A DNA stretch of 64,000 nucleotides from the NCBI GenBank assembly GCA_000004695.1, contig CM000150.2:4320001-4384000 (forward strand). The letters are read 5' to 3'. Source of the stretch: Dictyostelium discoideum. Its lineage: Eukaryota. Under the pieces are notes generated by a model, which was not told the origin of the DNA, searched no databases, and worked only from the letters and a program-made list of their open reading frames with translations. Position numbers and translations under genes: made by a program. This document shows positions 14,987-27,837 of this stretch, in pieces (the first letter of the stretch is position 1; each line of letters opens with the position of its first letter).

Positions 14987-15232
14987 GTTATTATTATTAT
15001 TATTATTATTGTTGTTGTTGTTGTTATTATTTTTGATTAATAAAAAAAAAAAAAAAAGGAACATTGTATTAATATAAATTATTATTTCTTTATTATCATT
15101 ATTATTATTATTATTATAATTTAATTTTCGATTTGAAATTATTTACAATAATATTTAATTGATTTATTATTTAATTTCATTTTTAATTCAGGTTTCATTA
15201 TAGAAACATCTGAAGGTTTCATTTTTTATTTT
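12329..15232 (-). CDS. RABL6 (Rab-like 6 / Parf)-like atypical GTPase with a long low-complexity C-terminal extension; exons c(15147..15232), c(14771..14905), c(12329..14697)
   Basis: The spliced N-terminus reads [87 protein letters not shown]...FNIPFLEIQRKSLIQQLERN. It aligns with human RABL6 ([27 protein letters not shown]...[22 protein letters not shown]...FNIPFLQLQRETLLRQLETN). The P-loop is GDRNTGKT. The (ATT)n tract 14912..15030 is intronic. The exact start Met is uncertain. Confidence 0.75.
14912..15030. repeat. (ATT)n/(GTT)n microsatellite inside intron 1 of the RABL6-like gene
   Basis: Seen directly. Confidence 0.9.
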
Positions 15233-15300
15233 ATTTTATTTTATTTTTATTTTTATTTTTATTTGATGTATTAGTTTAATAGAAAATATGGGAATGAAAG

Positions 15301-15342
<42 letters not shown>

Positions 15343-15566
15343 TTTTGAAAATTTTTTTATTTTTCTTATATTTAATTTTTTATTTTTATATTTTTTATTT
15401 TTTTATTTTTATATTTTTTTTTGATATTTACAATGAAAGATCGTTCCACATTTTTAAAGTTTAAAATATCTAAAATTGATTATTATTTAAAAAATACCTA
15501 CAATTAAAATGGATGAAAATGATGAATCAGGCAATGAATCGGATGAACAAAGTATTTTTATTAATT

Positions 15567-15601
<35 letters not shown>

Positions 15602-15967
15602 CTGAATAGAGATATACTATTTTGGATTAATGACAAAAAAAAAAATATATATATTGGAGAAGTATTATATATAGAAATAATAAATATAAAAAAAAAAAAA
15701 CTAAAGAGAAAAAAAATATGGAAAGTTAAATATTTTTATAAAATTAATATCTTTATTATTTTTCCTATTACCAAAAAAGCATAAAAAAATAAGAAGCACA
15801 CAATTTTAGTAATTGATTTGTTTTATAAAAATAAAGATCACTAAAAATAAAATCAAAATATAACTCTTTTTTTTTTTTTTTTTTTATTATTATTTTATTA
15901 TTATAATTATTATCATTAATTATTTTTTATTATTTGAATAAAAATTTTTTATAAATTTATTTTTAGT

Positions 15968-15998
<31 letters not shown>

Positions 15999-16074
15999 TT
16001 TATAGTGGCAGTTATTTCAAAAGAAATGTTTAATATTTTTTTTTTTTATTTTTAAATTTCATTTGTTATATTTT

Positions 16075-17602
16075 TTATAGTTTTTTTGGATTTGACCAAA
16101 TATATAATAATTTATCATTACCACCAGAAATTAAGTATTTTGAATCGGGGGACCAAGCAATACTATTAACTTTTGCATGGTTATTACCTAAATGAATGGA
16201 ATCTATTAAATTACCATTTGAGAGATTAAAAAATCCAATAACATTTGTAGTTTGATTAACACCAGCAAATAAAGTACAATCAGGTGAAATTGAAATTATC
16301 TCTATAACACCAATTTCTGATGTAATTGAATATGTACATTCAGGATCAACTTCTAATTTATAATTTACATTTAAATTCCATAATCTAATACTACCATCTT
16401 TTGATGATGTTATAATTTTCAAACCATCTTTTGAAAAATCTATTGAATAAATACATGTCTTTTTATTTAAAATTAGTATAAATTTTATTTTATAATAATA
16501 ATCAATAATTAACTAATTAATAATAACAACATACTTTATAACCAGTTAAAGACATAACTCTTTTACATTCATTAACAGTACCATCTTTCTTTTTAATACA
16601 TTCATAAATTTTAACTTCAGAACTAAAAGAGGCAATAGCAAAGAATCTACCACATTGAGTCATAGCAGCCATATAGTTTTTAATTTGACCATTATTTATT
16701 GTTTGAATGATTTGACCTTTGAGATTAAATATTTTTAAGATTGTATCATCACCACTACATGTTAAAATATAAGGTGATTGAGAACTTGAACAAATTGATT
16801 TAATTCTTGATTTTATCTCTAAATTAACTGAAAATCCATCTTCATATGATTTACCAGTTTGTAAACTTTTCTATAGAATAATAAATTAAAATAAATTAAA
16901 ATTAAAATTTATATAAATTATTAATATTAAAATTAAAATACCTACTTGATCTAAAATATTAAAAGAAACTAATTTTTGAGATTCATTTAAAGTTGCATAA
17001 AGAGTTTTATTACCCCAAGAAATACAAGTTGCATTATCGAATGGAAGTTGAAGATTAAATGATTGTGGTACTTTTGAATTGATTAAACTATCAAATAAAT
17101 ACATTCTGATTAACCTTTCAGTACCACAGAATGATAAATATTTACCATCTTCACTAAATTTAATACAATCTATAACATCACCACCTCTAAAAACTTTAAA
17201 AAATAATTTATGTTCTTGAATTGTTAGTTGTGGTTGTTGTGATATAGAGATTGGGTTTGGTGATGATGATTCTGTATTATTAACTGTTGTTGTTGGTGGT
17301 GGTGGGGATGGAATTGGTGTATCAATATGTTGTTTTTGTTGATTTGATTTTGTTGTATTAGTATTACTAGTAGTTACTGTTGATTGTAATGTTGGAGAAG
17401 GATTCTTCTTTTTATTTTTTTTGTTTGATAATGATGAAGTTGGTGGTGATGATGATGTGGCAGTTACTGTTGTTGTAGGTTTTTTAAAACTTGAAATTAT
17501 AAAAGATACTGTTACAACTAAAAGTAAAATTGGTATTGTTATTAAATATACATTATTTTCAAACTTTAATTTAACAAATTTGATTATTTCATCAAATTCC
17601 AT
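16075..17602 (-). CDS. WD40-repeat protein with N-terminal signal-anchor (TBL2-like topology); exons c(16946..17602), c(16535..16870), c(16075..16458)
   Basis: ATG at 17602. An N-terminal hydrophobic segment (VYLITIPILLLVVTVSFIISSF) is followed by a Ser/Thr/Pro linker. WD repeats follow (FSEDGKYLSFCG..., SGDDTILKIFN, MSLTGYK|TCIYSIDFSKDGLKIITSSKDGSIRLWN, AWSPDSKYLISGGNDKLLYIW). Donors GTAGGT and GTATGT; acceptors ctatag and aaaaag; exon lengths keep phase 0. The specific orthology is a guess. Confidence 0.6.
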
Positions 17603-17830
17603 TATTCAATATCTATTGTATTTTTTTTTTTTTTTTCTCTGTTTGATGATCCAAATTTTTAATTAAATAATAAAAAAAAAAAAAAAAAAAAAAAAAAATA
17701 ATATTTTTTTTTTTTTTTTTTTTAAAATTAATATTTTTAATTTTTATTTTATTTTTACTTTTTTTTTTTTTTCCAAACATCATTTCATTTCCTCTCCACA
17801 TCGCTACCCCTTATTTTGAAAAAAAAAAAA

Positions 17831-17862
<32 letters not shown>

Positions 17863-17916
17863 AAATAAAATAAAAATATAAAAAAAAATTATTATTATTA
17901 AAAAAAAGGTACAAAA

Positions 17917-18637
17917 ATGAATGTTCAAAGAATTATAGGAGTTTGTGGATTAAATGCATCTGGTAAAAGTACAATTTGTAATTTTTATAAGAATAAAGGA
18001 TTTACTGTAATCTCATTATCTGATATAATAAGACAAACATTAAAAGAAAGAAATTCACCAGAAACTAGAGATAATTTAATTAATCTTGGAAATGAATTAA
18101 GAAATAGTAAATATCATAATTATTAATTATACTCAATTTTTAGAAAATCAATAATAAAATTAACCAATAAAGAATAATAAAATAATAATAATAATTATAA
18201 TAATATTATAAAATTAAAATTTATCATTAAAAAAAAGAGAAAGTGGTGCAGGAGTTTTAGCAAATTTAACAATTGAAAAATTAAATGAAAATACAAATTA
18301 TGTAATTGACTCAATTAGACATCCAGATGAAGTTACTTGTTTTAGAAATAAATTTAATAAAGATGGAAATAAAGTATTCAATTTAATTGGTATTGATAGT
18401 TCCGCAGAGAGTAGATTTCAAAGAACACAATCGAGAAAAAGAGAAGGTGATACAACAACTTTAGAGGAATTTATGTCTGTTGAAAAAAGAGAAATGAATA
18501 ATCCTGATCCAAAAGGTCAACAAGTTTCAAAGGTTTTAGAAATGTGTGATTATAAAATTTCAAATAATTTAGAACAAACTTTAGATGGTTTATTAAATGA
18601 ATTAAATAATTTAGAAATTAAATTAATTAAAAAATAA
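17917..18637 (+). CDS. Small P-loop nucleotide/nucleoside kinase-like protein (AAA_33/dephospho-CoA-kinase-like fold), about 200 aa; exons 17917..18106, 18240..18637
   Basis: Walker A is IIGVCGLNASGKST. The donor is AAATA|GTAAAT (phase 1) and the acceptor aaaaaagag|AA. The joined protein reads ...LGNELRNKSGAGVLANLTIEKLNENTNYVIDSIRHPDEV...RFQRTQSRKREGDTTTLEEF (LID-like Arg cluster). Substrate is unknown. Confidence 0.5.
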
Positions 18638-18907
18638 TTAATTTAATGAAATTAGTAAATAAAATAAGAATTTCCAAACAAGTTAAAATTTTTTTTTTTA
18701 TGAATTGGATAATTTTTGATGTCCTAAACAGTTAAATAAATTCTTTTTTTTTTGTGTTTTTTTTTATTATTCATTTCATTCTTTTTTTTTTTCTGGATGT
18801 GTCATTTTCAATAATTTTGCAATAAAAAACTTTTTTTTTTTTTTTTTTTTTTTTGAATTGCAATAAAAAACCCCTTTGAGCTATTTTTTTTAAAATTTCA
18901 TCGATCA

Positions 18908-18981
18908 GTTCGGATGGTGTAGTCGGTTATCACGAATCCTTAACACGGATTAGGTCGTGGGTTCGATTCCCGCTCTGAATA
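18908..18981 (+). tRNA. tRNA-Val (anticodon AAC)
   Basis: Cloverleaf readable. Acceptor GTTCGGA/TCTGAAT with two G-U pairs. Anticodon stem AATCC/GGATT with loop TTAACAC. T-arm GTGGG TTCGATT CCCGC (B box GGTTCGATTCC). Discriminator A. T5 Pol III terminator at 18993..18997. Confidence 0.85.
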
Positions 18982-19020
18982 CAAACAAACAGTTTTTAGA
19001 TATTGATGAATAGAATCGCA

Positions 19021-19031
19021 GGCTCGATTCC
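19021..19031 (+). promoter_or_regulatory. Extra B box (ex-B) about 40 bp downstream of the tRNA-Val gene
   Basis: GGCTCGATTCC is a one-mismatch copy of the intragenic B box GGTTCGATTCC. Such downstream ex-B boxes are characteristic of Dictyostelium tRNA genes. Confidence 0.4.
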
Positions 19032-19529
19032 CATAGTTGAAAGTAAATATCTAACATTTAGTTTATTATATATCTAATTAATTAATCATTAAAAAATATA
19101 AATATACATTCATAATTGGCCCATACTACTTTATTACCATTTTCATTTTCTTATAAACAACTGCCTAAATTATGATTTATTTGGGTTAAAAAATAAATTA
19201 AAAAAAAAAAAAAAAAAAACATTTTTATACACTGATATATAAATACAAACATTTCCATCCTCTTGAAGTATAAGTGGTTATCATATGTCCTGGTTATTGT
19301 AATAGTGAAATATTTAAAAAAATAAAACAAAATTTATTATTCTCATACAAATTCAATTATTTTAGTGGTAATTATTATTTTTGTCTTTGATTTATAGAAT
19401 TGTTGTGATTAGTCAATAATTTCTAATAAATTTTTTTTTTTATTTTTTATATACAATTAACTAATAAACTTAACAAGATTTTAATTTACAAAAAAAAAAA
19501 AAAAAAAAAAACCATTATTTTCCCAATTG

Positions 19530-20174
19530 ATGATCGGTAGTCCACAATCGTTGCCATTGGGATTGGGAGTTGGTGGATCAATGTTGTCCTTAATACTTTG
19601 CAATATGCAACAACCTACATATACAACTTATGACACCATTTGGGATGGTCCATTGGATTATAGTGTAAAGAAACCAATTTTAAAAAGTGTTGATAAAAGT
19701 GGTAAAAGTGTAATAGAGTTTGAAGAATTCAGTAAATCGGTTATACCAATTACAGTTGCCAATTATTCAACGTTACATAAAATGGCATTCGTTTCATTTT
19801 GTGTATTCAATGGAATTTCACTATCACCCGCTTTCGGATTACTCCCAGTATCTACAGTTTTGGGGGTCGCAGCTTTAAGTGTATTCGTTACTGGTGGTAG
19901 TGCTTTTGCTGCATTAAAGATGAAACCTGATAGTTTAACCAAATATAAACCAATACTCTATGGTAGCTTGTTTGGTCTTTTCGGATTGGGTTTGGTTTCA
20001 ATTGGTACTTCAATAATGATGGGTGAGAATACTTTCACCCATTTCGCTCAAGAGTTTGATCTCTATTTTGGTCTTGCTTTATTCACTGGTTTAACTGCTT
20101 TAGATACAATGCTGTCAAAACTTTTCAAGAGGGTAAACCAGATAACATTAGAGTTTCAATTGATCTATTTTTAG
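19530..20174 (+). CDS. Small multi-pass transmembrane protein, about 214 aa, family unknown
   Basis: ORF with a local GC rise and coding codon usage. About 4 predicted helices (FVSFCVFNGISLSPAFGLLPVSTVLGVAALSVFVTGG; ILYGSLFGLFGLGLVSIGTSIMM; YFGLALFTGLTALDTML). The true ATG is at 19530 (the track start is TTG). It may lack upstream exons. Confidence 0.45.
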   Translation: MIGSPQSLPLGLGVGGSMLSLILCNMQQPTYTTYDTIWDGPLDYSVKKPILKSVDKSGKSVIEFEEFSKSVIPITVANYSTLHKMAFVSFCVFNGISLSPAFGLLPVSTVLGVAALSVFVTGGSAFAALKMKPDSLTKYKPILYGSLFGLFGLGLVSIGTSIMMGENTFTHFAQEFDLYFGLALFTGLTALDTMLSKLFKRVNQITLEFQLIYF

Positions 20175-20227
20175 ATATTTTAAATATTTTTGTTAGACTT
20201 TTAAGAGCTAGATAGCAATAAGTAACC

Positions 20228-20267
<40 letters not shown>

Positions 20268-20830
20268 CTGTAGATAAAAAAAAAAAAAAAAAAAAAGAAA
20301 TAAAAAATATGGTATTAAAATTTGTAAATAAATAAAGTTGTAATTAAATTTAATCAAATAACAAATTTTATGGAAGAAGATATTTTCCAATTTTTTAAAA
20401 AACAAACAAAAAAAAAAAAAAAAAAAAATAAAAATTATTATGGATGCCAAAAATTGTTGGTTTATAAAATATTTTAAAAATTTTTTATCTTGGTTTAATT
20501 TAAATAATGTTTTGAATTGGTTTTATTAAAAAAAAAATTATTTTTTATTTTCAAAAGTTACATATAATTTTTTTTTTTTTGTTTTAAAATTAAAATGATT
20601 ATTTTAAAAAGTTTAAAGAAATTATCATGTGATTATTTTAAAATTAAATCAAAATAAAAGATATTTATTTTTTAAAAATATCTTTTTCGTCAAAAAAAAA
20701 AAAACCGTCGTTTGTGTAAAAAATAGAAAAAGGACATTATTTTTTAAAAAAAAAAAAAAAAAAAAAAAAGCATTTAATACATTTCGATAAAATTCAAAAT
20801 CAGAAAAAAAAGCTACCTTTTTAACAAAAA

Positions 20831-22379
20831 ATGACAGAAAAATATAAGGTAAACTTTTTTTATATTTTATTTTTATTTTATATTTTAAATTATAATTTCA
20901 ATGTTGTAATTTCAATTTTTCCAACATCATTTTCTCAAATTAATTCAACAAATGGGTTTTTAATATCAGAAGGCAGAAGTTTAATTTCAATTACACATGG
21001 AGACTTGAACGGTGATGGTAATGATGATTTGATATATGCTAAACATTCAGAAGGACTATATGTATTTTATGGGCCATTAGCAAGTAATTTTGATTTTCAA
21101 ACAGACATATCAAAAATCAACGGTTCAAATGGTTTTATTTTTTTAAATACTACTGTTCTAATGTATCGAATAGCTGTTGGTGATATAAATAATGATGGAT
21201 TTGACGATATTGCTTTTTTTTTAAATATTATGCCAGGAAAACTTTGTGTTATCTATGGTACTGATCAAATTATATCACCTTCTACTTTTTCCACAGTGAA
21301 TGGTAATAATGGTTTCTATATTTCTCACGTTTCGTCCTCTAATATTGCATTTGGGCTTGTAAGATCAATCATTGATTTCAATGGTGACTCAATTAAAGAT
21401 TTATTTGTAGGTACATATTTTTTTTATTTTTTTATTTTGTTTTAAAAGTATTGTTGTTAATACAACACATATTTTTTTTTTTTTTTTTTTTTAGGTCTCT
21501 GCAAGTATAGGAACTTATGTAAGTACAGGAACACCAATTTCATATATGATATTTGGTATAAACGGTGGTAAATTTCAAGTTAATTCACAATTTGAATTTG
21601 ACCCTTCAACATTAAATGGGAGTAATGGTTTTTTAATTAATAATTTCAATTCATATGCGGCTTATCCTTATGATATGAATAATGATGGGATTGGTGATAT
21701 AATTATAAATAGGGGACATATAGCAATCGATATTATTTATGGTAGCAGAGGTCCTTTTACCTCACCATATATCCCAGTTTATGATGGTGTCAAAGGTACC
21801 AGTTTCAGCTTTTTAGGTTGCTCAACAAATTATAATGCTCTTCCAAATGCTTTTGGAGATTTTAATAATGATGGACTAAATGATTTTGGTGTAATTTATT
21901 CTTTATTATTTTTTGATTATTCTTATTCTTTATTATCCTTTATTGTTATTATACTAATTTTTACATTTTATTAAATAATTTTAGATTCTTACAAAACATA
22001 CTTCGGGTGACTATATAGCTTTTTTGGTTTGGGGTAAAACAGAATATCCACCAACAACAACATTAAGTATAAATCTAAATCCATCGGATGGTTTGGTTAT
22101 AGCAGTTATTGGCAACACCTATAACTGGGCTTTTTCTCCTAGGTTAGGGGATATAAATAATGATGGATTTGCAGATTTTTTAATCAATGGTAACACTGAC
22201 CTCCCATTCACCATTTTGTATGGTAATAATAAAAATTATGCTTCAAATCCAATTTATTTAAAAGATCAAGTTGGTGATTGTTCAAAAATGTCAATTAATG
22301 GCTATGCTGAGGCTATTGATATTGGTGATTATAACTCTGATGGTATTGATGATATTGTAAGTAATATTATATTAAATCA

Positions 22380-22459
<80 letters not shown>

Positions 22460-24152
22460 CATTATTTTTAACTTTTAAATAACTCTATTCTATCAGACAG
22501 CAGCTATATTAGCAACAGGTTCATATTTAGATATTTATACAATATATGGTCAAACTTCGATTGGTTCAATTTCAATAATTAGTAAATTATTTCAACCAAA
22601 TCCAATGTCAAACTCAATTTATAAATTATTTGAAAATAATATTAATTCAGAAGTTGGACAATGCGCAATTAGAATTGTTACATTAACAATTGAAAATCCA
22701 GCAAATGAAGATCAATTTATTATTAATCCTAGTTTCGATAGTTCAATATATTCAATAACATTTAATAATAATACAAGAGTTAGAATTGAATTAATATTAT
22801 TTGGTGATGAGAGTAAATCAATTGCAAATGATGTTTTACCAAAAATAACAGTTTCATTGTCACCTCAGCTATTTAATAGAACTATATTAATGAAATATGG
22901 TAATCAAGTACAATCAATTAAATTCATTGGTCAACCAAATGCAAATTGTGATACAAAATGTTTAAATGGAGGTACTTGTAATCCACTCACTGGTTGCCAA
23001 TGTATAAATGATCATTATGGTGATTATTGTGAATTAAAAGATTGTACAGTTCCACAATGTTTAAATGGTGGTTCATGTAATACAACAGTTGGTGAATGTT
23101 CATGCACTCAAGGTTATGAAGGTACGGATTGCAGTGGTATTAGTTGTTCAGCTTCATGTTCAAATGGTGGTTCATGTAATACTACAGTTGGTGAATGTTC
23201 ATGTCCTCAAGGTTATGAAGGTGTAGATTGCAGTGGTATTAGTTGTTCAATTTCATGTTTAAATGGTGGTTTATGTAATACTACAGTTGGTGAATGTTCA
23301 TGTATTAATGGCTTTTATGGTGATGATTGTGATACAAAGGATTGTACAGTTCCACAATGTTTAAATGGTGGTTCATGTAATACTACAGTTGGTGAATGTT
23401 CATGCACTCAAGGTTATGAAGGTATAGATTGTAGTGGTATTAGTTGTTCAGTTTCATGTTTAAATGGTGGTTTATGTAATACTACAGTTGGTCAATGTCA
23501 ATGTATAAATGACTTTTATGGTGATAATTGTGGTACAAAGGATTGTGCAGTTCCACAATGTTCAAATGGTGGTTCATGTAATACTACAGTTGGTGAATGT
23601 TCATGCACTCAAGGTTATGAAGGTATAGATTGTAGTGGTATTAGTTGTTCAGTTTCATGTTTAAATGGTGGTTCATGTAATACAACAGTTGGTCAATGTC
23701 AATGTATAAATGACTTTTATGGTGATAATTGTGGTACAAAGGATTGTACAGTTCCACAATGTTTAAATGGTGGTTCATGTAATACTACAGTTGGTGAATG
23801 TTCATGCACTCAAGGTTATGAAGGTATAGATTGTAGTGGTATTAGTTGTTCGGTTTCATGTTTAAATGGTGGTTTATGTAATACTACAGTTGGTCAATGT
23901 CAATGTGTTGAAGATTATGATGGCGATGGTTGTGGTTCTGATAATAAAAAGAAAACAAATATTGGTGTTATCATTGGCCCAATTCTAGGTGGTCTTGCAC
24001 TAATTGCAATTATTGTTGTTGCAATTGTTTTAATTAAAAAGAAGAAGAATGGAAATTCAAAAAAAAATACAAATAACATTGAATTAAGACCTCAAGGTTC
24101 CACTGTTGATATTCAAATGGGTGGTAGAATTAAAAATCTTGATAAATTTTAA
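20831..24152 (+). CDS. Type I membrane protein with an FG-GAP (integrin-alpha-like) beta-propeller followed by about 10 tenascin-type EGF repeats, a TM helix and a short tail, about 1000 aa; exons 20831..21406, 21495..21890, 21985..22356, 22497..24152
   Basis: The four track ORFs join in phase 0 via GTAGGT/GTAATT/GTAAGT donors and ttag/tttag/tatcag acceptors. There is an N-terminal signal peptide. Repeated Ca-binding FG-GAP motifs are present: GDLNGDGNDDLIY, GDINNDGFDDIAF, DMNNDGIGDII, GDFNNDGLNDFGV, GDINNDGFADFLI, GDYNSDGIDDI. The EGF modules repeat CLNGGSCNTTVGECSCTQGYEGxDCSGISC. TM is IGVIIGPILGGLALIAIIVVAIVLI. The (TTA)n tract 22381..22459 is intronic. Confidence 0.75.
22381..22459. repeat. 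(TTA)n microsatellite in intron 3 of the FG-GAP/EGF gene
   Basis: Seen directly. It generates the spurious poly-Leu tail of ORF 22024..22482. Confidence 0.9.
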
Positions 24153-24455
24153 ATTTAAAAAGAGATTATTTTAAATCAATTCTGTTGTATTATTATTGTT
24201 TTTTACTTCCAAAAAAAAAAAAAAAAAAAATTTTTGATCAAAATGATTATAATAAAAACCGCAGGGGTTATTTTTAAAAATAATTTGAAAAAATTCAGTG
24301 ATTTCATTTTATTATTATTTTTTTTTTTTTCTTATTTTTTTTTTTGTTTTTTTTTTTTTTTTTTTTTAATAATTTTGTAAAATAAAAATAACTCTTATAA
24401 ATTACATGTTGTATTATTATTTTAAAATTTGTAAATAAATAAATAAATAAATAAA

Positions 24456-24493
<38 letters not shown>

Positions 24494-24497
24494 ATAC

Positions 24498-24548
<51 letters not shown>

Positions 24549-25086
24549 TGATGGGAAAACTAATTTTATCATGGGGTGGATTTTTAAAAAAGATGATTTT
24601 GTCCTAGGTTGGATTTAGAATGGCAATTAAAAAATATTTAATTTTTTTAAAAAAAATTGGTTTAATAATTAATGAATTATATTGGTTGTTTTATAATATT
24701 TTTTTTTTTTTTTTTTTATTTTTTATATCATCATTTAAATTTAATTTCTCTATTGGTTTTCAATAACGTTATATATGTATTGGAAATTCAAACAAGTATA
24801 AAAATTAAATTAAAAGAATTTTATTTTATTTAAAAAAATCTTATTAAAAATTTAAAAAATATCTGAAAATCCAACACACTCCCATTTTATTTAAAATTTA
24901 ATTTTATTTGTTTATTATTTATTTAAAATAAGTTTTTTGTAATGAATTAAAAAAAAAAAAAAAAAAAAAAAATATTACAAAATAAATTGAATTTTTTTTT
25001 TTATTTATTAATTATTAATAAATTTTTAAAAAATATAAAACTTATTTTGTTTAAAAAGAAAAAAAAAAAAAAATAATCAAATTATT

Positions 25087-26771
25087 ATGAAAATGGAAAT
25101 TTGGAAAGTAATATTTTCAATTTGGTTTTTGTTATTCCAAAATTTTGTTTTAAGTGCCAAAAACGATGATAAGTAAATATGAAAATCTTTTTGTTTGATT
25201 AAAATTGGAGTTTGTTTTTAATAAATATTTATTAATAATTTTTATTTAGTAAATTAAAAGTTATAAGAGGAAGAAATGTAATTTATAATGGAAACGTTAT
25301 ACCATTATCAATTTTAATAAGGTATTTATTGAAAAAATGAAAAAAAAAAAAGTTTTAATTGTTAATTGTTTATTTATTTAAAATTTTTAGAAATGGTAAA
25401 ACAATAGGTATTAAAGATTATTCATTTAATCCTAAAAAATTGAATGAAAATTATGAAATTTTATATGATGATCGTGAATGTAATAATAATGAAGATTTTA
25501 TTATAATGGGTGGTTTAGTTGATAGTCATGTTCATGTTAATGAACCAGGTAGAACTGAGTGGGAGGGATTTGAAAGTGCAACAAGTGCAGCAGCAGCTGG
25601 TGGTGTTACTACAATTGTTGATATGCCATTAAACAGTTCACCAGTAACTACAAGCTTTAAAAATTTACTTGATAAAATTGAATCTATGAAAGGTAAATTA
25701 AGAGTAGATGTTGGATTATTGGGTGGTATAGTTCCAGGAAATTCAAAAGAAATAAAAAAAATGGTTTTACAAGGTGGGGTATTAGGATTTAAATCATTTT
25801 TATTACCATCTGGAATTGATGAATTTCCTCCAGTAAATGAGAATGATATTCAAGAAGCAATGAATGAAATGAAATTATTAAAATGTCAATATAATAATTC
25901 AGATGTAATTATGATGTTTCATGCAGAAGTTGAAGAACCAATTAAAGAAGCAACTGTTAGATTAAAAAATGAAAATGCCGATCCAAAATTATATAAAACC
26001 TATTTAGATAGTAGACCTAAAATATCAGAAAATCAAGCAATTTCTAAATTAATTGATATAACTAGACAAAACCAAATCGTATCAACACATATCGTTCATT
26101 TATCATCAAGTGAATCAATTGAACAAATTAGAGAAGCAATGGATCAAGGTGTACCAATTTCCGCAGAAACTACATATAATTATTTACATTTAACTTCTGA
26201 ATCAGTACCTTATGGAAACACATTATTTAAAAGTGCACCACCAGTTAGAGAACATGAAAATAAAGAATTGTTATGGAATGCTATTATTAATGGTACAATA
26301 AAATTAATTGTTTCAGATCATTCACCATGTACAATTAATTTGAAACAATTGAAAGAAGATAATCAATCAATTGGTGATTTCTTAAAAGCATGGGGTGGTA
26401 TTTCATCATTGGAATTAGGTTTACCAATAATTTGGACAGAATGTAAAAATAGAGGTATTCCAATTACACAACTCTCTGAATGGTTATCAAATGGACCATC
26501 TAAATTAGTTGGTTTAAATGATAGAAAAGGTTCAATTGAAATAGGTAGAGATGCTGATTTTGTAATTTTCAATCCAAATGAATCATTCATTGTAAATGAA
26601 AAGAAATTATTTTTAAAAAATAAATTCTCTGCATATAATGGTGAAAAATTATTTGGAGTAGTTTATGAAACAATTTTAAGAGGTAATTCAATTTTTAAAA
26701 AAGGTGATAATAAAATTAAAAAAATTATTGGTCAACGTTTAATTAAATCAAATTTAATAAATAAAAAATAA
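25087..26771 (+). CDS. Allantoinase (cyclic amidohydrolase superfamily); exons 25087..25172, 25250..25321, 25391..26771
   Basis: Main exon has [56 protein letters not shown] and GIS motifs. Two short 5' exons are predicted (GTAAAT phase 2; GTATTT phase 2). They add a hydrophobic N-terminus, [24 protein letters not shown]. These 5' exons are less certain than the catalytic exon. Confidence 0.8.
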
Positions 26772-26792
26772 AAAAATAAAAAAAAAACATAA

Positions 26793-26826
<34 letters not shown>

Positions 26827-26843
26827 GATTTATTTTTTTTTTT

Positions 26844-27837
26844 TTAAAATCTACCTTTAACATTTGAAGAAATATCTCTTAAGAAATTATAAAATGATGG
26901 ACCAGCATTATTTTCTTCATCAATTAAAAATTTAGTGAATTCAATTGGATTTTCAATTAATTTACCTTTAAGATATTGAATTTCTGGTACAATTAAACGA
27001 TCTTGTTTACTATTTGAAATGGTTTGACGAATTAAACTTTCAGGTGGTGGTGGGAATTGATGATGTGAAGAAACCTCTTGAAGATTATAGAAAACCACAA
27101 GTTGATCAAAACTATCAACTAAATAGATATGAGATGTACTTGTGAGTATTGTATTTTGAGATAATGGTAAATATTTTGAAGCTAAATTATTTGGTGCACC
27201 ATAACTATACAATACTGGATAGATTGAACGATGTAATAAACGTGGCTCTAGTGTTGAATATAAACATTGATGATAAATCCATTCATCAGATTTCTTCTTT
27301 ATGGTTGATGCTTCAATATCGGTTGTTAGTTCCCTAAGTATTGGTGATTTCATCAATGCAAATACGTATCTTGGTAATGGTCTTAAATGAGAGACTTGTG
27401 AAAAGTTTACATCAATAGATGAAGTTACCGATGACAATATTACAACGTTTTCGTTATATTTTGTAATGATATTCTTTAACCAATCAACTAGTGAAATTCT
27501 TGCCTCTGAAATACCTTTTTCTAAAGTTTCTCTTATTATCTTATTTGTAAGTAATGAAATGGTTGTCTCTAAATCAATTGAATTAAATACTTCAATTGGT
27601 GTATCTGCAACTGGTACTCTAATATTAAATATATGTAATCTTTTCTCTATAATTCTATCAGAATTGCTTGTTGAATTAATAGCACTACTACTATTACCAC
27701 TTGATTTTAAAATATTATTATTTGATGAAAATAAAGTTGGTGATATATTATTTTGTTGTTGATCATTTGATGATCCAATTGGTGGTAAATATGAATAAGA
27801 AAATGCAATTTGTATATTTGGTGAAAAATCCTTACTA

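Noticed and set aside
19011-19045. Possible second tRNA or tRNA fragment (GCAGGCTCGATTCCCATAG)
   Set aside because: Only a B-box-like 11-mer is present. No acceptor, D or anticodon arms can be folded. It is interpreted instead as the ex-B box of the upstream tRNA-Val.
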